Notes: generated by a model from the sequence alone, not told the origin. A stretch of 32,000 nt of DNA from Candidatus Kuenenia stuttgartensis (GCF_900232105.1 NZ_LT934425.1:2220001-2252000), one strand, 5' to 3'. Counted from the first letter of the stretch, positions 16,356 to 25,854 are shown. A program made the numbers and translations.

Positions 16356-19300
16356 TTACTTTATGACTAACCACGTTACTAACTCAAAATTATCCAAATC
16401 ATGCACCTGTTTCGACTGTGGTATCAATAATGCACCACGGTCAGTGGTGAGTTTTTGATTGCTGCGTTTTCTGAATACATGACTTATTTCATATACGGCT
16501 TTTTTTAGCAATTCAGTATACTTACCCATCTCCTCGCCATTCCTGGTTTCTGTATTGAATAATTCACAAAGCTTCTCATAAGGCGCTTTGCGCCCCTGAC
16601 ACATCAGGCGGTAGATTTCCAGTATCTGTTTGGCGTTGGTGTAATTGAAACGAACCGTTCCGTCTTCGCGAATGTATGCCAGAAAGTAAGGTTGCAATGG
16701 GTTTACTTCTTCGTTGCCGCCGGTGTCGCCTTTTTGCTTCAGGCAATATACCACACCCGGTTTGATAATATTCTTTTCGGCTGGAGTAAAGCGGCTTGCA
16801 TCTGTATTTTGCGCATGAATGCCAGATGGTGAAGGCACGACGGCATATAAACCAAAGGGCGCATCTTCCAGCTTCTTACTATTATTTTCCAAAAATGTGT
16901 GCAATTCGATGCGGAAATCATCCAGGGTAAAATCGGTTAACGAAATGCTTTCGCTCATTTCTTCGAGGTCGAGCACTTCTTTTTGCAGTTTTTTCAGTTG
17001 CCGGTTACGGTACTTCAAATCATCTGTGATAAGCTCTTCTATTTGTTCGGTATTCAGTATGTTGTCTTCGCCGGTGGCGGTAACGTCAACCAATGCCATC
17101 CGGGACTCCACGCGTTCTTTCAGGTTGATGTAATTATCAAGGTCTTTGGTAGGCCAGAAGTTTATCAGTTGGATTTTCTTATTCCTGCTTCCCAGCCGGT
17201 CAATACGGCCAAAACGCTGAATGATGCGAACGGGATTCCAGTGAATATCGTAGTTAACCAAAAAATCACAATCCTGTAGGTTCTGCCCTTCGCTGATGCA
17301 GTCAGTGGCGATCAGTATATCTATCTCCACTTCCTGCGGCATGGATTTCATTAATTCCCTGTTTTTAGAAACGGGTGAGAAGTTGGCGAGGATGTTTGAA
17401 AAATCATTTTTGCCGAATGTGGTTTGGTTGGTATTCCCCGCTACCAATGCAATGTTCAATTTCAAATCTTTTTTCACCCATTCTTTCAGACAATTATATA
17501 GGTATTGAGCGGTATCGGCAAAGGCGGTAAAAACGATTACCTTCCTGTTGTTGCTGTTCAGTGGTTGATTAATTTTTTGTTCGATTAGTTTTTGAAGGTC
17601 TTTCAGTTTTGCGTCACGTTCCGGGGTCACCGCAACTGCCGTATTATACAACTCATTGAGGGCTTCTTTGTCTTTTGTTAAATCGTTCAACCAATCTTCC
17701 AGACGTAAATCAGCTAAATCAAATTTCAATTTTTTCCCTACCTGCCATTGTTCAAGGTCGTCGGTATTTTCTTCTAATTCGTCTTCATCCGGTTCCAATG
17801 TTTCCAAAACCTCTTCCTGCGATTTAGCGTTTGATTTAAGGAATTCATTGATTCTGCTTTCAAGTTTTTCGATTTTCTGAATTGTTCTGTCCATTGAAAT
17901 CTCAAATGATTCAATACAGCTTTCCAGGCGTTTCAGGAAGTTTACCTTCATCATTCCGATAAGGAAGTGCTCACGGTCGCTTTGTTTGAAGGCAAGGATT
18001 TCCGTTCCGGCTAACGCTTCATATTTCTGCTTCTTTTCATCCTTCACATAGGCAGAAGGATTAAATACCGAAAGCTTGTATTGCAGGATTTTTTTGTTCA
18101 GCGCATCGTAGGTAAAAAAGCGGTCTTTTATATCAATATTCGGGTAGAGGGAATGAGGCTTTAACCGTTCTGGGAATTGCCCTATGGCGTCAATATTGTA
18201 AAAACCCTTTATGTGCTTTCTGCTCCGGGCAATAGTGAGTTCGTCCAGCAATTTGAAGAAGGATGAATCAAGGCGTTCCATTAATTGCTTAACTGTTCTG
18301 TCGGGATTCTTTTTATGGTCAGCCCAAAATGTAAACTGTGTCTGGGCATTCCTGAGTGTAAGGGCAATATCCTTGATTTGTGTACTCTCAAAGAGGGCAT
18401 CATTTTCGCCTTCCGTAATGAGTGAGATTTGATTTCTTAAATCGCGAAGGTTATTGTTGACCGGCGTAGCAGAAAGCATGAGTACCTTTGTTTTCAATCC
18501 CGACTTGATGATTTTTTCCATCAGCCATTTGGCACGGTTCATTTTGATGGCGCCGTCATCTTTGGCCTTTTCCATCGGATTGCCCCGAAAATTATGTGAC
18601 TCATCGATAACTACAAGGTCATAGGCGCCCCAATTGAAGTTTTCAAGGTCTATGCCGTTTGCATCGGATTTACCGGTTATTCTGCCGAGGTCGGTATGGT
18701 ACAGAATGGTATAGTTAAACCGGTCTTTGGTAAACGGATTAAGTGCGTTGTTTTGGCTCGCCTGGTAAATCGTCCAGTTAGCCGAGAGTTTTTTTGGGCA
18801 GAGCACAAGAACGCGGTAATTCAATAATTCGAAATAACGGATTACCGCCAACGCCTCAAAAGTCTTGCCCAAACCGACGCTATCCGCGATGATGCAGCCG
18901 TTGTGTTTCAGGATTTTATTGATGGCCCCTTTTACGCCGTCTTTCTGAAAGTCGTACAGCTTATGCCATATTTCGCTTTCAAAAAATCCGGTGCGTTCAT
19001 TCAGCAAACCGCCGCGTTTTTGTTCGTCAATATAGTTCCCAAAGAGGTGGAACAGGGTTTTGAAGTAAATAAACTCCGGTTCATTTTCAATATAAAATTG
19101 TTCAAGGTCTTTAAGCACTTCGGCTTTAACATCTTCGACGAGTCCTGTTGTGTCGTTCCACAACTCATTAAACCAGTTTGTCAGGTCATCCAAATCCCTT
19201 CTGTCCTGGATAACCATATTCAATTCGATGTTCGGGCTTCCGCCCATTCCGAGTCCATGAACAGTGAAATTGGAACTCCCCATGACCGCTTCTTTAACCC

Positions 19301-19733
19301 CGTTTGGATTTTCCATCAAATAAAGCTTGCCGTGCAGGAAGTTTGGTTTCACCATGGATTTGACGTGAACCTTTTCTTTAATCCAATCCGAGCATTCTTT
19401 GGAAAGGGATTTTTGTTTTAAGAGGCTTTCAATTGGGATTACCAGTGAATCGTCCTCGATTTTGAAGTCGCGCCTGTTGGTTTTTGCCGGGTCCAGTGAT
19501 TTGATAAAGGATGGCTCACCAAAGAGGAACCTTAGGTGATCTGTTCGGTCGAGTTGGTTTTTTAATTGTTTGTATGCGTAAATGGTGAAGTATGCCGAGA
19601 CTATTGATAAACCGGCGCCTTGCTTTACATTATCAATAAGGAATTGGCCGACTGTTCCATTTTTATGATTGTCACGGATTGAAGTATTGTTCATAGGTTC
19701 ATGTATTATCTTCTTTCCTGGAAAAATGTTCAA
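16356..19733 (-). CDS. PLD-like nuclease domain + SNF2-type DEAD/DEAH helicase
   Basis: 1125 aa; N-terminal NFLHGKLYLMENPNGVKEAVMGSSNFT (PLD HxK), Walker A ADSVGLGKT, Walker B VVIDESHNF, motif III LMLSATPVNN, motif V/VI ILIATDCISEGQNLQDCDFLVNYDIHWNPVRIIQRFGRIDRLGS. Confidence 0.93.
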   Translation of the reverse strand: MNIFPGKKIIHEPMNNTSIRDNHKNGTVGQFLIDNVKQGAGLSIVSAYFTIYAYKQLKNQLDRTDHLRFLFGEPSFIKSLDPAKTNRRDFKIEDDSLVIPIESLLKQKSLSKECSDWIKEKVHVKSMVKPNFLHGKLYLMENPNGVKEAVMGSSNFTVHGLGMGGSPNIELNMVIQDRRDLDDLTNWFNELWNDTTGLVEDVKAEVLKDLEQFYIENEPEFIYFKTLFHLFGNYIDEQKRGGLLNERTGFFESEIWHKLYDFQKDGVKGAINKILKHNGCIIADSVGLGKTFEALAVIRYFELLNYRVLVLCPKKLSANWTIYQASQNNALNPFTKDRFNYTILYHTDLGRITGKSDANGIDLENFNWGAYDLVVIDESHNFRGNPMEKAKDDGAIKMNRAKWLMEKIIKSGLKTKVLMLSATPVNNNLRDLRNQISLITEGENDALFESTQIKDIALTLRNAQTQFTFWADHKKNPDRTVKQLMERLDSSFFKLLDELTIARSRKHIKGFYNIDAIGQFPERLKPHSLYPNIDIKDRFFTYDALNKKILQYKLSVFNPSAYVKDEKKQKYEALAGTEILAFKQSDREHFLIGMMKVNFLKRLESCIESFEISMDRTIQKIEKLESRINEFLKSNAKSQEEVLETLEPDEDELEENTDDLEQWQVGKKLKFDLADLRLEDWLNDLTKDKEALNELYNTAVAVTPERDAKLKDLQKLIEQKINQPLNSNNRKVIVFTAFADTAQYLYNCLKEWVKKDLKLNIALVAGNTNQTTFGKNDFSNILANFSPVSKNRELMKSMPQEVEIDILIATDCISEGQNLQDCDFLVNYDIHWNPVRIIQRFGRIDRLGSRNKKIQLINFWPTKDLDNYINLKERVESRMALVDVTATGEDNILNTEQIEELITDDLKYRNRQLKKLQKEVLDLEEMSESISLTDFTLDDFRIELHTFLENNSKKLEDAPFGLYAVVPSPSGIHAQNTDASRFTPAEKNIIKPGVVYCLKQKGDTGGNEEVNPLQPYFLAYIREDGTVRFNYTNAKQILEIYRLMCQGRKAPYEKLCELFNTETRNGEEMGKYTELLKKAVYEISHVFRKRSNQKLTTDRGALLIPQSKQVHDLDNFELVTWLVIK

Positions 19734-19821
19734 TATTCAATTCTCAATATTCAATTCTCAAATTGTTGCTCATTTGCCTCTATTCTTTTACATTGAATAT
19801 TGAATATTAATTTTCAGTAAC

Positions 19822-19880
19822 AGTTCACCCACCCCTTAATCCCCTCCCAAGAGGGGACTTCTTGTATTCCCCTCTTGAGA
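19822..19880. repeat. Palindromic element ACCCCTTAATCCCCTCCCAAGAGGGGACTT...CCCCTCTTGAGAGGGGTG
   Basis: Inverted arms AAGAGGGGA / CCCCTCTT just upstream of the helicase gene. Confidence 0.6.
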
Positions 19881-19982
19881 GGGGTGTGCACTTTTCAAAT
19901 ACTGGGACAATCCATAAGGGGAGCATTCCCGATTTTTTGTAAGTTTTCGTAACTATTCAGCGCAAGCATCACACGATTCCAG

Positions 19983-20154
19983 GCGGGTTCAGGTTTGCAA
20001 CCTGAACCTATGAGTTTATGCGTATAATGGGGTCATGTACTTACTGCGGTAAAAACCCTGTTTGGCATATGGGATTTATTTGTCATTTTTCTGCTAATAG
20101 AAGGCAGGATTGGAAGCATAAAACGTTTGGTTCAGGTTACAAACCTGAACCCGC
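19983..20154. repeat. Composite inverted repeat built from GGTTCAGGTTTGCAACCTGAACC palindromes
   Basis: GCGGGTTCAGGTTTGCAACCTGAACC (19984-20008) and GGTTCAGGTTACAAACCTGAACCCGC (20129-20154) in opposite orientation; half copy at 5949-5970. Confidence 0.8.
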
Positions 20155-20174
20155 ACAGGTGTTTTTTCAAAAAT

Positions 20175-20870
20175 CTAAAGTGTTACGAAAATTTCAACCC
20201 TGACGTTGCTGTCAGGTGGAAACTCCTGGCAGCACGAGAAAAATATTGGTTCATACCACACTTTTGGCTCAAATCCTTTATCGTTTAATATCACCGCAGC
20301 CTCTCCGCTTTCACCGATAACGAACAATCCGTTTCTGTATGCATATTTATCAGAATCCTCCTCCATTACTATCCCGCCTACTGCGCCAACTACCTTCCTT
20401 CCGATATATTCCGGGAAAAAGGTCTTGAATTTCCCGAGTCTCTCTATATGTTCTTTTACATCCTCTATCTTTAACGTGCTTTTCGCCTCTATCAACACGG
20501 CATATTCACCATTTATCGCAAGGATATCCACTTCCATTTCGTCACCATTTCTGTGTGTCTTTACCCTCTGGAATACCTTGTCTACTTCTATTCCCCGTTC
20601 TTTAAACAGCCTTTCGGTTGCAGGCGCTATGAGTCCCTCTACAAACCTGCTCCATTTTCCAGTGAGTGCATACACTGCCTTGTTGGTATTTTCTGATGTT
20701 TTGCGGGTTTCTTCAACCGACTTGCTCAATTTGTCAATTTCCTTGTCTGTATCCTTAAACCGCCCATCAGTCTCTTTAAACAACTTCCATATTTCCTGAA
20801 TACTTTTTTCCATTTCCTGAGTAGTCATTTTTCCGATCTCCTCATAGGACTTGCTGATAACGATTCGCAA
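20175..20870 (-). CDS. DUF3782-like / PD-(D/E)XK nuclease-like protein
   Basis: C-terminal EMEVDILAINGEYAVLIEAKSTLKIEDVKEHIERL gives a D...ExK pattern preceded by a coiled-coil-like N-terminus; start may be the internal MTTQEMEKS. Confidence 0.72.
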   Translation of the reverse strand: MRIVISKSYEEIGKMTTQEMEKSIQEIWKLFKETDGRFKDTDKEIDKLSKSVEETRKTSENTNKAVYALTGKWSRFVEGLIAPATERLFKERGIEVDKVFQRVKTHRNGDEMEVDILAINGEYAVLIEAKSTLKIEDVKEHIERLGKFKTFFPEYIGRKVVGAVGGIVMEEDSDKYAYRNGLFVIGESGEAAVILNDKGFEPKVWYEPIFFSCCQEFPPDSNVRVEIFVTL

Positions 20871-20884
20871 TATTATACATTCAA

Positions 20885-21556
20885 TTATTTCATAACCAGG
20901 TGTTCCAGCACCATTTTTCTGGGATGGTTTTCTGCGCCGGTGCGCCAGTCTTTTGGAGGGACAATGTTTTCCATTGTTGACAATAATTGCTGTGCATCAA
21001 GCCGGTCATATATCTGATTCCAAACGCATGGTGTTTCTTCCGAAACCTCGCAATTCCCATTTTGTGAGCCGCCGCACGGCCCGTTTAGCAGACTCTTTGC
21101 ACACCGGCTTACCGGGCAAAGCCCGCCGGTGGTACTAATAATACAATCACCACAGCCGGCGCAGCGTTCCCAGAAAACTCCCTGCTCCGTAGGCGCCCCC
21201 ATGAATGTTGTATTTAACCCGGGAAATACCCTTGCGTTTGGAAACCGTTCCGCCATATATTGCACGCCTATACCGCATGCAATGGATAAAACGGCATCGC
21301 AATCCTCAACCACATTTTTTGTTTCTTCTATAAATTCCCATTCACACTGCCGAAGTACCGAACCCTCTACCACCTCAACGGGTTTCCCTTTTAACTTTGA
21401 GGCAAGCCGGATCTTTGCGGCAAGTTCCGTTACCTGTTTTTCGCCGCCGGTGTGGCAGATGGTAACGCATGAACCACATCCGACAACGTATACCTTTTTA
21501 CATCCCGAAAGCATTTGTTCTATTTCGTTAAACGGTTTTGCATCAGCGACAATCAT
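20885..21556 (-). CDS. Methylenetetrahydrofolate reductase C-terminal domain protein (MetV-like)
   Basis: 223 aa; Cys-rich VYVVGCGSCVTICHTGGE, WERCAGCGDCIISTTGGLCPVSRCAKSLLNGPCGGSQNGNCEV. Confidence 0.82.
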   Translation of the reverse strand: MIVADAKPFNEIEQMLSGCKKVYVVGCGSCVTICHTGGEKQVTELAAKIRLASKLKGKPVEVVEGSVLRQCEWEFIEETKNVVEDCDAVLSIACGIGVQYMAERFPNARVFPGLNTTFMGAPTEQGVFWERCAGCGDCIISTTGGLCPVSRCAKSLLNGPCGGSQNGNCEVSEETPCVWNQIYDRLDAQQLLSTMENIVPPKDWRTGAENHPRKMVLEHLVMK

Positions 21557-21593
21557 TTTTATACACCTTTATGTAAAGAAGTTTTTTTTCAGT

Positions 21594-23696
21594 TTACACA
21601 CTTTTTACTAAGTTGATTTGTTCAACATCTTTTACCATTTGGACGGCAATATCCACAAACGCATTGTCTGTCTGCGATGAAACTAAATGTGTCTGAAATA
21701 TCCTTGCGTCCATCCCTATTTCGCTTAAAAATCCTGACACATATTCCGAGCGTTTTTTTATCCATTCGTATTCTGCGCAGAAATGGCATTCGTCTTCTTT
21801 GCATGCCGTTATTAAGACGCCGTCGGCGCCCCATTCAAGCGCATTGAGATATAAGGAGGGTTCCACCTTTCCAAGCCCCAATACGCCAATGCGTTTCACG
21901 TGTTTTTCTATGACAGCATTGCTCTTGCCCTCAACACTGCCGACGACTGGCGAACCGTATTGGCAGTAGAAATTGATGATTAATGGTCTTGTCTTTTGAA
22001 CCGAGACGTCCTGAAAAAGGGCCTTCAATCTCTCTCTGCCGCTATCTTCCAGCGGCGTTTTAAAGCGTATGGCCTTTGCGGGACACTCCACAATACACAA
22101 ACCGCATGACTGGCAATCTCCGCCGATGTAAGCCGTTATTTCACCGTTTCTGAATTCCGGCACATCAAAAGGACACACCCTTACGCAGGTAATGCAGCCA
22201 ACACATAAATGCTCATCCACATACGCACCGGCCCCGCAATTCATACACCGTTGGGCCTCCCTGACGGCAACTTCGGGAGAAAATCCCAATTCCACCTCAT
22301 CAAAGGAATTTAATCTCTTTGCGAGCGACAGCATGGGCATATCCTGCTTCTGTTCTTTTTTAACGAGAGGAACTCTTGCGTCCGCCAGTTTGGGCACCTC
22401 CGGTTTATCTGCCCATTTTTCATCGCTTCGTTTTTCGTTTCTCAGCGCATTATGAATGGAGATTGCCGCTTTTTTCCCTTGAGCAAGGCCTTCGGTGAGG
22501 GTGCCTCTTCCGAGTACAATGTCTCCTCCGGCATAAATACCCGGCATCGAAGTCTCAAAGGTATTTGGGTCAACAACGATTGTCGCCCCTCGTGAAACCT
22601 CAATCTCTTCCTGGTTTTTCAGGAAAGAGAGGTTGGACGTCTGGCCTATTGCCAGGATAATGGTATCGGCTTCTATGACAGATTCCGAACCCTCGTAAAA
22701 AGCAGGATGAAAACGTTTTTGTTCATCAAAAACATATTTTACCCTGAGTGTTTCAAGTCCTGTCGCCCTTCCGTGTTCTCCCAGAATGCGTTTTGGCCCC
22801 ACGGAATTGTACAATATAACGCCTTCGTGAACGGCTTCCTCAATCTCAAAATCGGTGGTAGGCATTTCATTGCGTGATTCAAGGCATGCGACCGACACCT
22901 TTTCCGTTTTAAGCCTCAAGGCGGTTCTGGCGCAATCCATCGCAACGGCTCCGCCGCCGATAACCAGCACGTTTTTCCCAATTTCAACGGTTCCTGTAGC
23001 ATTGACCTCGCGCAGGAAAGATATGCCTTTCAACACACCGTCATACTCCGCCCCCTCTATTGGTAAATTGCGGCTGTCAAATAGTCCAACGCCTATAAAA
23101 ATAGCGGCATATCCTTCTTTTTTCAGGCTGTCAAAGGTAACATCCTTCCCTAAAGTGGTGTTGTATTTTATTTCGACCCCCAGTTGCCGTATGAATTCAA
23201 CATCCTGGTCAATGGCATTCCTTGGCAGACGATATGTGGGGACGCCCATGCGCAGCATGCCTCCCGGATGCGGGTTTGATTCAAATATCGTGCAGGAGTA
23301 TCCCATAAGCGCCAGGTCATTTGCCGCGGCAAGCCCTGCCGGTCCCGCTCCAATTATTGCGATCCTTTCGGGATATGTTTGCTCCGGCCTGGTGTAAATA
23401 TTTTCGGAATAATTATCGCTGAGGAAGCGCTTGAGCCATGCGATTGCTACCGGTTTGTCCGTGCTGTTCCTTCTGCACTTTGTTTCACAGGGATGGGTAC
23501 ATATGCGTCCGCATGATGCGGGAAGCGTATTTCTCTCCCTGACAAGCCGGTACGCTTCCTTAAAAAGGCCCCGGGCGATAAGCTGTACATAATCACGCGC
23601 ATCCTGCCGGATAGGGCATGCCATAACGCACGGAGCTTCTTCCCCGGTGCATATATTCTGTTTTGTCTGTATGTTATTCATTGTCATTGCAAACAT
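21594..23696 (-). CDS. GltD-like FAD/NAD(P) oxidoreductase fused to two 4Fe-4S clusters and an MvhD-like domain
   Basis: 700 aa; CGRICTHPCETKCRR, IIGAGPAGLAAANDLALMGY, VLVIGGGAVAMDCAR, CVGCITCVRVCP, CQSCGLCIVECP, and C-terminal LNALEWGADGVLITACKEDECHF. Confidence 0.85.
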   Translation of the reverse strand: MFAMTMNNIQTKQNICTGEEAPCVMACPIRQDARDYVQLIARGLFKEAYRLVRERNTLPASCGRICTHPCETKCRRNSTDKPVAIAWLKRFLSDNYSENIYTRPEQTYPERIAIIGAGPAGLAAANDLALMGYSCTIFESNPHPGGMLRMGVPTYRLPRNAIDQDVEFIRQLGVEIKYNTTLGKDVTFDSLKKEGYAAIFIGVGLFDSRNLPIEGAEYDGVLKGISFLREVNATGTVEIGKNVLVIGGGAVAMDCARTALRLKTEKVSVACLESRNEMPTTDFEIEEAVHEGVILYNSVGPKRILGEHGRATGLETLRVKYVFDEQKRFHPAFYEGSESVIEADTIILAIGQTSNLSFLKNQEEIEVSRGATIVVDPNTFETSMPGIYAGGDIVLGRGTLTEGLAQGKKAAISIHNALRNEKRSDEKWADKPEVPKLADARVPLVKKEQKQDMPMLSLAKRLNSFDEVELGFSPEVAVREAQRCMNCGAGAYVDEHLCVGCITCVRVCPFDVPEFRNGEITAYIGGDCQSCGLCIVECPAKAIRFKTPLEDSGRERLKALFQDVSVQKTRPLIINFYCQYGSPVVGSVEGKSNAVIEKHVKRIGVLGLGKVEPSLYLNALEWGADGVLITACKEDECHFCAEYEWIKKRSEYVSGFLSEIGMDARIFQTHLVSSQTDNAFVDIAVQMVKDVEQINLVKSV

Positions 23697-24131
23697 TTAT
23701 TCTCCCATTATTTTAATAACCAGTCTTTTGTTACGTTGTCCGTCAAACTCTGCGTAAAATATTTGCTGCCAGGGTCCCATATCCAATGTTCCTTTTGTTA
23801 CAGGCACTATCACCTGATGGCCGACAAGGAGGTTCTTCAGATGTGCGTCTCCATTGGATTCTCCGGTTCTGTGGTGGAAATAATCAGGCCCTTCAGGCGC
23901 CAGTTTTTGCAGCCATTCTTCAATATCCCGATGCAGCCCTGATTCTGCATCGTTTATAAAAACTCCCGCAGTAATATGCATGGCGGAAACCAGCGCCATG
24001 CCTTCCTTTATACCGCTGCCGATGAGTATCCTTTCTACCTCTTTCGTAATATTAATCAATTCCCGGTGTTTCTTCGTATTAAAAGTAAGGTATTCCGTTG
24101 AAAATTTCATTTTTACCCCGTTTATGCTCAA
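23697..24131 (-). CDS. YjbQ / UPF0047 family (secondary thiamine-phosphate synthase-like) protein
   Basis: 144 aa; [29 protein letters not shown] and [46 protein letters not shown]. Confidence 0.9.
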   Translation of the reverse strand: MSINGVKMKFSTEYLTFNTKKHRELINITKEVERILIGSGIKEGMALVSAMHITAGVFINDAESGLHRDIEEWLQKLAPEGPDYFHHRTGESNGDAHLKNLLVGHQVIVPVTKGTLDMGPWQQIFYAEFDGQRNKRLVIKIMGE

Positions 24132-24246
24132 AATTGTTGTAAAGATGCATTTGTTTAAAATTTCAAATCATTTTGTCATTAGAATTTGTTTCGGATTTCG
24201 TGTTTCGGATTTCGGATTTCACAATTAACAGGGGGGCAAAATGTTG

Positions 24247-25854
24247 CTATTTCATCAAAACAAGGTGTTTTTTCCAGTGAATATCGTCGGTTTGCGGATA
24301 ATCGGTACGGTGATGAACGCCGCGTGATTCCCTGCGTTTGTATGCCGATGACACAATAAGACTTGCAACAAGCAGCATGTTCTGTAATTCCCAGCCTTCC
24401 GGGTTTGAAAATTCCTTATCCATTACATATTTACACCACATGTCTATCATTTCTTCCGCCTGAAGCAGGCGCTTTTCGTTGCGCTCAATTCCCACATTCC
24501 TCCACATAAGACTTTTAAGGGAATTCCCAATGTCTTCAAGGTCAAGCCAGCTTATCTTGGAGGCTCCCGGCTTTTCATTCATTGATAATGGAGTGAGATT
24601 TGTCTTAATGCCTTGTGCCGATTTGCAGGCTTCTATCCCGGCAATGTTTCCCATTACCAGCCCTTCCAGCAGGGAGTTGCTTCCCAAACGGTTAGCGCCA
24701 TGCATGCCCGTACATGCCGCCTCTCCGCATGCATAGAGGTGCTTCACGGTGGTCATTGAAAAACGATTTACCTTTATTCCACCGATCATGTAATGAGCGC
24801 TTGGGCGCACCGGAATCAGGTCTTTGGAGATATCAATGCCGAAAGATTCACAAATTTCTTTAATTTTCGGGAAACGTGTAAAAAGTCTTTTCCTGGGGAT
24901 ATGGCGAATGTCCAGATATACATGTGTATTGCCTGTTTCCCGCATTTCTTTCAAAATGCTTTGGCTTACTACGTCCCTGGGTGCAAGCTCGGCTTTTTCA
25001 TGATATTTTGGCATAAACCGGTCGCCGTTCTTATTTAGCAGTATGCCGCCTTCGCCCCTTACCGTCTCGGTAATAAGAAAACGCACCGCACCGGCTATAT
25101 ATAATGTAGTGGGGTGAAACTGGACAAACTCCATGTCCTGAAGGGCAGCGCCGGCGCGATATGCCATTGCCAGCCCATCCCCGGTGGCGACGCCGGGGTT
25201 GGTCGTTTCCCGGTAAACCTGACCACATCCCCCAGTTGCTAAAATGGTCTGTTTTGCCCATATTAACGTGGTTCCCTTTTTAGGGTGCCACGCCGCTATG
25301 CCATGGCAGACATTGTCGTCCGTAATAAGGTCAATTGCGTATGTATATTCGAATACCTTGATGTTTTTGTTTTTCTTTATACGGTGTATGAGAGTGTTCT
25401 CCACCTCTCTTCCCGTTGAATCGCCAAGGGCGCGTATTATTCGGGGAAAACCGTGTCCACCTTCCTGTGTAAAGATTAAATGGTCGTTTTCCTTGTCAAA
25501 TTCCGCTCCCCATTCGATCATTTCCTGTACCCGCTTCGGGCCTTCGGAAATAATCTTGCTAACAACCGCGGCGTTGCATAAACCCTGCCCTGCCGTTAAG
25601 GTATCTTTTTTGTGTTTTGAGATATTATCTCCTGGAGACAACACCACGGCAACGCCGCCTTGCGCATAGGTGGTATTATTCTCGTCGATTTTATCTTTTG
25701 TAATAATGAGTACGGAGCTATGATTTGACGCCTGGATGGCGGCGCTTAGGCCGGCGACACCGCTCCCTACCACAAGTATATCGGTAAAGATGTGAGAAAG
25801 CGTGCGGGTGTCGAAAGAAATGAGGTATCGTTTCGGAACTGTACGTTTTTTCAT
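24247..25854 (-). CDS. nadB: L-aspartate oxidase
   Basis: 535 aa; ILVVGSGVAGLSAAIQA, TTYAQGGVAVVLS, PTTLYIAGAVRFLITETVRGEGGIL, ARPSAHYMIGGIKVN-type segment, GLVMGNIAG. Confidence 0.92.
   Translation of the reverse strand: MKKRTVPKRYLISFDTRTLSHIFTDILVVGSGVAGLSAAIQASNHSSVLIITKDKIDENNTTYAQGGVAVVLSPGDNISKHKKDTLTAGQGLCNAAVVSKIISEGPKRVQEMIEWGAEFDKENDHLIFTQEGGHGFPRIIRALGDSTGREVENTLIHRIKKNKNIKVFEYTYAIDLITDDNVCHGIAAWHPKKGTTLIWAKQTILATGGCGQVYRETTNPGVATGDGLAMAYRAGAALQDMEFVQFHPTTLYIAGAVRFLITETVRGEGGILLNKNGDRFMPKYHEKAELAPRDVVSQSILKEMRETGNTHVYLDIRHIPRKRLFTRFPKIKEICESFGIDISKDLIPVRPSAHYMIGGIKVNRFSMTTVKHLYACGEAACTGMHGANRLGSNSLLEGLVMGNIAGIEACKSAQGIKTNLTPLSMNEKPGASKISWLDLEDIGNSLKSLMWRNVGIERNEKRLLQAEEMIDMWCKYVMDKEFSNPEGWELQNMLLVASLIVSSAYKRRESRGVHHRTDYPQTDDIHWKKHLVLMK

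Noticed and set aside
18903-19421. 172-aa plus-strand ORF inside the helicase
   Set aside because: Antisense to conserved PLD/helicase coding sequence; no coherent protein signature.
11113-19733. DISARM, BREX or classical type I R-M assignment
   Set aside because: No DUF1998 protein, PglZ, BrxC/BrxL or HsdS/HsdR partner is seen, so a known-system label is not supported from this window.
20206-20799. 197-aa plus-strand ORF
   Set aside because: Antisense to the nuclease-like gene with clearer coding character on the minus strand.
22855-23397. 180-aa plus-strand ORF
   Set aside because: Antisense to the FAD/NAD(P) oxidoreductase domain.
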